DNA of 60,263 nucleotides from a virus. Lineage: Duplodnaviria; Caudoviricetes. Where the stretch lies: positions 1-60,263 of IMG/VR virus record IMGVR_UViG_3300039002_000009. One strand, 5' to 3'. Under the pieces are notes generated by a model. The model worked only from the letters and a program-made list of their open reading frames with translations, ran no database searches and was not told the origin of the DNA. This document shows, piece after piece, positions 55,622-60,263 of this stretch. How positions within the stretch are numbered: the first letter of the stretch is position 1; each line of letters opens with the position of its first letter. The position numbers were made by a program, and so were the translations under genes.

Positions 55622-56566
55622 TTATCTCCCGGCGATTCTCGCCTTCTCGGTAATGGATAGCCCTGGATAGTCCAGGGGATTTAGCTTATGGATGTCATCT
55701 CCCAACACTTCCTTGAGCCGCTTGGCCAAGGCGTTGAGTTTGGTCTGATCAGGGGAACAATACTTGCGGTCCACCATCTCTTCGTTGGTGACCTCGACAA
55801 ACCAGGGAAACGATACGCGCGTGCCTGACCCGACAATCGGAGCGATGGCTTCTGGCATCTCGACACGAGTTGATGCAAGCGCGACTTCAACGAGGGCTTC
55901 TCGGACATCTTCCTTGGCTTCCGGCAATTCCATGGCTGCAAGCGCGGCCAAGAACGGATCTTCCGATTCCGTCTGTTGGCGCATCGCTTCGAGATCAGCC
56001 TTAGCTTTGGTTGCTTCCGCCTTGGCTTTGTCTTCGGCTTCCTTGATCTTCTGTTGACGCTCCTCTTCCTGCTTGCGGAGATCGTCACGCTCCTTCATCT
56101 TGAAGGCGGCCATCGGTGGTTCGTAGGTATCGATCACTTCTTGCCAGATAACAGCGGTCTCCTTGAATGCATCGTCGATCTTGCGCTTGGCATCCAAGAG
56201 GGGGGTCGTGAGGTCCTTCCGCTTCTTCTCGTTTTCGCGTAGACCCTTCTTGGCGTAGGCTAGTTTGACTGAGGCTGCTTCGTATTCTTCGGGCGTGGTG
56301 ATAACGATCTTCTCGGCCACCTTCGCCGCTTCTGCCTCCTTGCGGGTTTTGAGGATTTGCTCGTCGGGGGTTAGATCTTTCGGAGGATCGGGTTTCGCGT
56401 CAGGATCTTCTTCACCGGGGTCCTCTTCCGCCGCAGCTTGGATGGCCTCATCTGATGGATCCGATTTAAGGAATCCCGGTTTGCGGTAGAGACGGTTCCG
56501 AAGCGCTTTCTGATTATCGCCAGGGTACATCTCCCTGATTCGGTCTCGAACTTCGGCTTCAGTCAT
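55622..56566 (-). CDS. coiled-coil recombination-module protein (DUF1351/Gp157-like)
   Basis: I.T.EEY..A...RKDLTTPL.DAKRKIDD.FK...W.VEVT....V.RKY..PD...PG. Confidence 0.65.
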   Translation of the reverse strand: MTEAEVRDRIREMYPGDNQKALRNRLYRKPGFLKSDPSDEAIQAAAEEDPGEEDPDAKPDPPKDLTPDEQILKTRKEAEAAKVAEKIVITTPEEYEAASVKLAYAKKGLRENEKKRKDLTTPLLDAKRKIDDAFKETAVIWQEVIDTYEPPMAAFKMKERDDLRKQEEERQQKIKEAEDKAKAEATKAKADLEAMRQQTESEDPFLAALAAMELPEAKEDVREALVEVALASTRVEMPEAIAPIVGSGTRVSFPWFVEVTNEEMVDRKYCSPDQTKLNALAKRLKEVLGDDIHKLNPLDYPGLSITEKARIAGR

Positions 56567-56583
56567 GGCACACCTCTAGAGTA

Positions 56584-56612
56584 ATGATACTATTTAACCT
56601 TATTCTGTGCAA
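56584..56612 (-). promoter_or_regulatory. sigma70-like promoter for the recombination genes
   Basis: TTGCAC-N17-TATCAT. Confidence 0.65.
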
Positions 56613-56655
56613 GGATATTTTTGAGAATCCAGAAAATGCTAAACCCCCCTGGACA

Positions 56656-56787
56656 TCAATGTTTGTGAATCAGCCACCAAAGCCATACCCGGCCAACCGG
56701 GAGTAATTTCTCTCCAGCCATCCGAAAAGCCACAGGGAACGGCTTCCAGTGGAAGCCATAACACCCTGGATCACGACTGATTTTCAT
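56656..56787 (-). CDS. small Trp-rich protein (unit 7, second gene)
   Basis: AAAGGA RBS, MKISRDPGCYGFHW... Confidence 0.55.
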   Translation of the reverse strand: MKISRDPGCYGFHWKPFPVAFRMAGEKLLPVGRVWLWWLIHKH

Positions 56788-56801
56788 ATCGATTTCCTTT
56801 C

Positions 56802-56999
56802 TCATAGGATGCGGCATGGAATGTTCGCGATCTTGGTATAGACCATCGGATGATCCTGCTTGTGGACGGAGAGACTGTCTGTTTCGAATTGATCGATCTG
56901 GAGCCGGAGAGTCGAAGACAGCCCAGCTACGGCTATGCGGAGCCGAGTGACTGCCGCCTCTTCTTCGGGCGCCGGTGGGATGTGCTTCGGGAACTTCAC
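56802..56999 (-). CDS. small hypothetical protein (unit 7, first gene)
   Basis: AAAGGA RBS, GTG start. Confidence 0.55.
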   Translation of the reverse strand: MKFPKHIPPAPEEEAAVTRLRIAVAGLSSTLRLQIDQFETDSLSVHKQDHPMVYTKIANIPCRIL

Positions 57000-57036
57000 G
57001 GATTCCTTTCAGCCAGAGCTTCCGGCAGATGGACAT

Positions 57037-57201
57037 CTACATCTGGGGCAGTTGAGAGGTGGCGTTCTTGATGGCAATGCTGAGTTCTGGGCTTCGCGCC
57101 GACCAGGGACACGCTCCAGTGGCGTCCTTCACACGGACCTCGTAGACCTCCCAGTTGGCGACGTGCTCAGTGTCGATCTCGATGGTGTATAGGCGTTTCA
57201 C
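57037..57201 (-). CDS. small hypothetical protein (unit 6)
   Basis: GGGAGG RBS, GTG start. Confidence 0.6.
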   Translation of the reverse strand: MKRLYTIEIDTEHVANWEVYEVRVKDATGACPWSARSPELSIAIKNATSQLPQM

Positions 57202-57223
57202 GATGCCTCCCGCATCTGGACAT

Positions 57224-57412
57224 CTACTTCTTGATGGGGTCGCCACTGTCATCGACCAGCGACAACGACATGAAAGTGCCGGAGTGTTCCGGAAAACCAG
57301 TCTTCAGGAGACCGATGATCCGATCGCTCAGCCAATCGAGATCACTCTGTCCTACCTTGCAACTGGGATCGAAAATCAAGGTCACTTTGATGTTGGCTTT
57401 CATCTTCCACAT
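57224..57412 (-). CDS. small hypothetical protein (unit 5)
   Basis: AGGAG RBS overlapping the junction motif. Confidence 0.6.
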   Translation of the reverse strand: MWKMKANIKVTLIFDPSCKVGQSDLDWLSDRIIGLLKTGFPEHSGTFMSLSLVDDSGDPIKK

Positions 57413-57436
57413 CGGGGATCTCCTGGACAGTCGCAC

Positions 57437-57763
57437 TCAGGGGCGGATGAACGATCCGCACGAGTCAGGTTTCGTTTCACACTTCGGGCAATATGGAATT
57501 TCCTCATGGTGGACCCTCCCCGACCCAGAGAGCGGGAAGGGTCCGTCATGGATTGAGTGGCACACGCCGGCAGCCATGATCAGCCCACCGCAAACCGTGC
57601 AGACACAGTCCCCGTTTTCTTCCATTCGGTAAGGGATCTTTCTGCCGGTGCCCCTCATATACCGCGTGCCATCCGGAGCGGTCGCAAACTCCGGGATAAA
57701 GAATCCGGCGGGAGCAGCCTTCCAGGAAGGATCTATTTCAAAATTGAGAGAATTCAAATCCAT
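57437..57763 (-). CDS. zinc-binding hypothetical protein (unit 4)
   Basis: AAAGGA RBS, CTVCG...PYCPKCE. Confidence 0.7.
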   Translation of the reverse strand: MDLNSLNFEIDPSWKAAPAGFFIPEFATAPDGTRYMRGTGRKIPYRMEENGDCVCTVCGGLIMAAGVCHSIHDGPFPLSGSGRVHHEEIPYCPKCETKPDSCGSFIRP

Positions 57764-57804
57764 GGAAATCCTTTCGATGGGTGGGTCCAGGCTGCTGCTG
57801 GACA

Positions 57805-58083
57805 TCACTTGCTGTTGAGAATCAGATCGATGCGCCGCTGCATGGCCGCGTCGTCCGGATAGCGATTCCCGATATGGAGATGGCACTCGCGGAGCAGCTC
57901 CTCCAGCTTCGCCACACGGGTGCACACACGACGAATGGCATCGTTGAAACCTTCGTCTTCGTGGATCCCAAGAAGATGACTCAGTTCCTCCTGGATTTTC
58001 ACATTCTTCTCGTAGTAGCCCTTGCCGAAGATCGCTTCCCCTGCGGCAATGTAGACGTCCATCAATTCACCGAGGTTTGACAT
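57805..58083 (-). CDS. hypothetical protein (unit 3)
   Basis: 92 aa, AAGGTG RBS. Confidence 0.7.
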   Translation of the reverse strand: MSNLGELMDVYIAAGEAIFGKGYYEKNVKIQEELSHLLGIHEDEGFNDAIRRVCTRVAKLEELLRECHLHIGNRYPDDAAMQRRIDLILNSK

Positions 58084-58101
58084 GGGTTCACCTTCTGGAC
58101 A

Positions 58102-58317
58102 TCAGCGTTTAAGAAGCGCTTTGGCGCGAAGAACGCTCGGGCATTCGCTATCAGACGGCGTGTGCCAATCCAAAACATCGCGCAGGGCCGTTTCCAGCTC
58201 CGCCACGCGGACTTCGACTTCGCTCAGGAGTTGGCTAACACGTTCGCGAACGGCATCGGAAGGACCATAAAACGAAACACGTTCAAGCTGAGATCGGATT
58301 TCTTGGACCTTATTCAT
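58102..58317 (-). CDS. helical hypothetical protein (unit 2)
   Basis: 71 aa, GGTG RBS. Confidence 0.7.
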   Translation of the reverse strand: MNKVQEIRSQLERVSFYGPSDAVRERVSQLLSEVEVRVAELETALRDVLDWHTPSDSECPSVLRAKALLKR

Positions 58318-58335
58318 GGTTCACCGTTCTGGACA

Positions 58336-58632
58336 TCAGCGCAGTTGCGCGATGAGTTGTTTGCGGGCGGCGGCGAGCTCCTTCTCTTTTCGTTCCGGGG
58401 ATAGCTTCCACCAGTAGTAGTCGTCGGAACTGGCAACCGTGGTCCACCATCCCGTTCTCAGCTCTGTGTTCGTGAATTTGCACCACCGATTCCCGCAGGG
58501 ACCGTCATGGAAAAACGAGACATACCTGTAGCCATGGGGCCAGCCACCAGTGGCGTCAATTAGAGCCATAAACTTCTCTTCCGGCGCTCCCCACGGATGG
58601 ACCAATTCTTTACGGTCTAGTTCGTCGCTCAT
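58336..58632 (-). CDS. hypothetical protein (unit 1)
   Basis: 98 aa, AAAGGAG RBS. Confidence 0.7.
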   Translation of the reverse strand: MSDELDRKELVHPWGAPEEKFMALIDATGGWPHGYRYVSFFHDGPCGNRWCKFTNTELRTGWWTTVASSDDYYWWKLSPERKEKELAAARKQLIAQLR

Positions 58633-58669
58633 CGGGGGCTCCTTTCTTGGGTCGTGCAGATGGACAGTA

Positions 58670-58951
58670 TTACTCGATGGTTATTTGTGTTGCTTGAGAC
58701 TTCGTATCAATTTCTGTTTGATTTGCATGAATATTGATTTTGATGGGTTCACTCTCGGGAATGCTCAGACACATACTGTCTGATTTCCTACGCTCAGCTT
58801 CAGCATATCGTCTCCACTTTTGCGACCCGCAATGGTGTTTGAAGTGCTCTCGATGGATAATGCGATTCTCCTTACGCCGCTTGGCATCATCCGCCTGGCA
58901 TTCTTCATGAGCACGGAACAGATCGGCTTGAAATTGAGCCTTGGGGGTCAT
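58670..58951 (-). CDS. hypothetical protein
   Basis: 93 aa, GAGG RBS. Confidence 0.6.
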   Translation of the reverse strand: MTPKAQFQADLFRAHEECQADDAKRRKENRIIHREHFKHHCGSQKWRRYAEAERRKSDSMCLSIPESEPIKINIHANQTEIDTKSQATQITIE

Positions 58952-59085
58952 TTCTTGACCTCAGCGAGCAATCTTTCGGCCTTCTCATAATATGCTTTGG
59001 CATCGTTAAGAAGTCTTTGAGCTTCCCAAAGGTTGTACCAAGAGAGAATGACGCAGACTGTTATTAGCGTCCAAGCCAAATCCAT
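58948..59085 (-). CDS. small single-TM protein (45 aa)
   Basis: Manual translation MDLAWTLITVCVILSWYNLWEAQRLL..., coupled on both sides. Confidence 0.55.
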   Translation of the reverse strand: MDLAWTLITVCVILSWYNLWEAQRLLNDAKAYYEKAERLLAEVKK

Positions 59086-59459
59086 CACCACTCCCATCCT
59101 TTCTGCCGAGCTTCTTTCAACACGGCTTCACTTGCAGGTTTAAGATCTTCAGCGCTACCAATGTATCGAGATGATTTGCCCCACCCCGTTTCCAAACTCC
59201 AAGCACGCCACCCCATTGGATGGCAGGCGATCATGACTCCATGATGTTTTTCTCGTGGCTGAACATAAAGCTGAGGTTTGATTCCGTGGAGAACACAAAG
59301 ATCGAAAATCAGATCGGCTGATTCTTTTGGCATTTCACAACGGCTTCTCGCAATTTCCTGAAGGTCTCGGACTTCAACACCCATGATATGGGCCAAGACA
59401 TGTTCGCCGAATTTATTGACGAGCGTATCCCAAATTCCGATGTAGATCTTGGATTTCAT
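59085..59459 (-). CDS. hypothetical protein with possible HTH
   Basis: LAHIMGVEVRDLQEIA. Confidence 0.6.
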   Translation of the reverse strand: MKSKIYIGIWDTLVNKFGEHVLAHIMGVEVRDLQEIARSRCEMPKESADLIFDLCVLHGIKPQLYVQPREKHHGVMIACHPMGWRAWSLETGWGKSSRYIGSAEDLKPASEAVLKEARQKGWEW

Positions 59460-59460
59460 T

Positions 59461-60263
59461 CTATGTCTCAACGTCAGGATGATACTCTTCAGCGCGCTTG
59501 CCAAAAGTGCTAGCTACAGCAGCGCGGGCTGTCATCTCTTGAGGTTCTCCGAGAGAGCCATCCGGGTGCATAGGACGTAGTTCGGGGTGTACGCGGAGGA
59601 AATACGTTTTGCGAGACCCGTCAGGTTCTGGTGTCGAATTCAGGACTTCCACCATCACCATCGGATCATCATCAGCTAAATCACGTTTCCAAAGTTTTCC
59701 AGTCTCATCCTGATGGACTAGTTTCGCTCCAGATTCCTGCAAAAAACGTGAAGGCCCAAAACGTTCGATCATCACGCGGCGAACTTCAGTGTTTTCTTCT
59801 GCCAGGATAGATTCAGGCGTTAATGATTGAGGGTGTTCAATGACCCTGCATGGCACCCGAACACCTTTATACGCATAAAGTGCATAGCCATCGGAGAAGG
59901 CCATGGCAGGACCGTTTTCGCAATGGAGGCGATTACGCGAATCTTGATGGATCTCGGTGGGACGGTCACAAATAAAACAGATACCCTCAAAGGTATAGAC
60001 CCATCCACACGATTGGGCACATCGCTCCCATTGATGCAATAGCTCACGCTGGTCATCTGTATAGATTGGATGGATGAACCGATCAGGGAATGTGTAAAAT
60101 GAAATCCAATATTCGTCCCATTGACCCCAAAACCAAGTCCAGTAATAGACCATCTTGGTTTTGTCGAGGAGCTGGTCGAGGAGCTGGCCGCGGAGCTGGC
60201 CGCCGAGCTGGTTGCCGAGCTGGTCGAGGAGCTGGTCGCGGAGCTGGTCGCCGAGCTGGCCGC
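59461..60263 (-). CDS. DUF6745-domain protein with N-terminal QLxx repeats, 5' truncated
   Basis: CDRPTEIH.D..NRLHCENGPA..FSDG..LY..KGVRVP, ENTEVRRVMIER and NSTPEPDGS.KTYFLRV. Frame stays open to the window end. Confidence 0.85.
   Translation of the reverse strand, partial: GQLGDQLRDQLLDQLGNQLGGQLRGQLLDQLLDKTKMVYYWTWFWGQWDEYWISFYTFPDRFIHPIYTDDQRELLHQWERCAQSCGWVYTFEGICFICDRPTEIHQDSRNRLHCENGPAMAFSDGYALYAYKGVRVPCRVIEHPQSLTPESILAEENTEVRRVMIERFGPSRFLQESGAKLVHQDETGKLWKRDLADDDPMVMVEVLNSTPEPDGSRKTYFLRVHPELRPMHPDGSLGEPQEMTARAAVASTFGKRAEEYHPDVET
60163..60263 (-). repeat. 12-nt coding tandem repeat CAGCTC-NNC-NNC (QL(R/G/L)(G/D/N)), about 8 units
   Basis: Directly visible GAGCTGG units at 12-nt spacing. 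Confidence 0.95.

Larger units (their letters stand above)
56650..58666 (-). repeat. array of 8 dispersed TGTCCA(G/T) junction motifs delimiting 7 gene units
   Basis: TGGACA on + at 56650, 57030, 57217, 57424, 57799, 58096, 58330 and 58661, each 0-7 nt downstream of a minus-strand stop codon. Confidence 0.85.

Noticed and set aside
56656-57036. 126-aa ORF starting at the ATG within the junction motif
   Set aside because: It overlaps a better RBS-led ORF (56802-56999) and has its own internal RBS start at 56787. Treated as two small genes.
56650-58666. CRISPR array or classical integron
   Set aside because: The shared core is only 6-7 nt and the spacers are whole genes of 187-380 bp. There are no GTTRRRY/RYYYAAC attC hairpins, no intI and no cas genes.
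1-60263. Alternative genetic code or integrated prophage
   Set aside because: Core genes are intact under the standard code with all three stop codons used. No integrase, att site or flanking host housekeeping genes are visible.

Overview
The window is a near-complete genome of a ~60 kb tailed dsDNA phage of podovirus type: there is no tape measure or sheath, and three large internal/ejection-type genes follow the tail genes. Both ends break inside 12-nt coding tandem repeats. Two arms diverge from a largely non-coding region at ~2.3-3.6 kb. The + arm (3677-47697) carries small accessory genes, TerS, a sialate O-acetylesterase-like gene, TerL, portal, scaffold, capsid, adaptors, a PurD-like ATP-grasp ligase, nozzle, a collagen-like fibre, a Tlde1-type lysis cassette, a GT2-TPR glycosyltransferase, ejection proteins (one with a zeta-toxin-like kinase domain and a nested gene) and a sugar-biosynthesis operon. 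The - arm (2271->1, continuing 60263->47828) carries early small genes, recombination, lambda-like replication and SSB genes. The arms meet at a bidirectional terminator at ~47.8 kb. I see no integrase, polymerase, tRNA or CRISPR. The most unusual signals are: (1) a 2-kb array of small genes (56650-58666) in which nearly every gene boundary carries the same TGTCCA core just after the stop codon, like an integron-type cassette array with a non-integron site; (2) an apparent virion-glycosylation system made of sugar enzymes, two glycosyltransferases, a Thr-rich collagen fibre and TGxTG motifs inserted in several virion proteins; (3) a nested small basic gene just upstream of the zeta-like domain; and (4) several structured RNA candidates. 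All family calls come from motif recognition by eye, not database searches.
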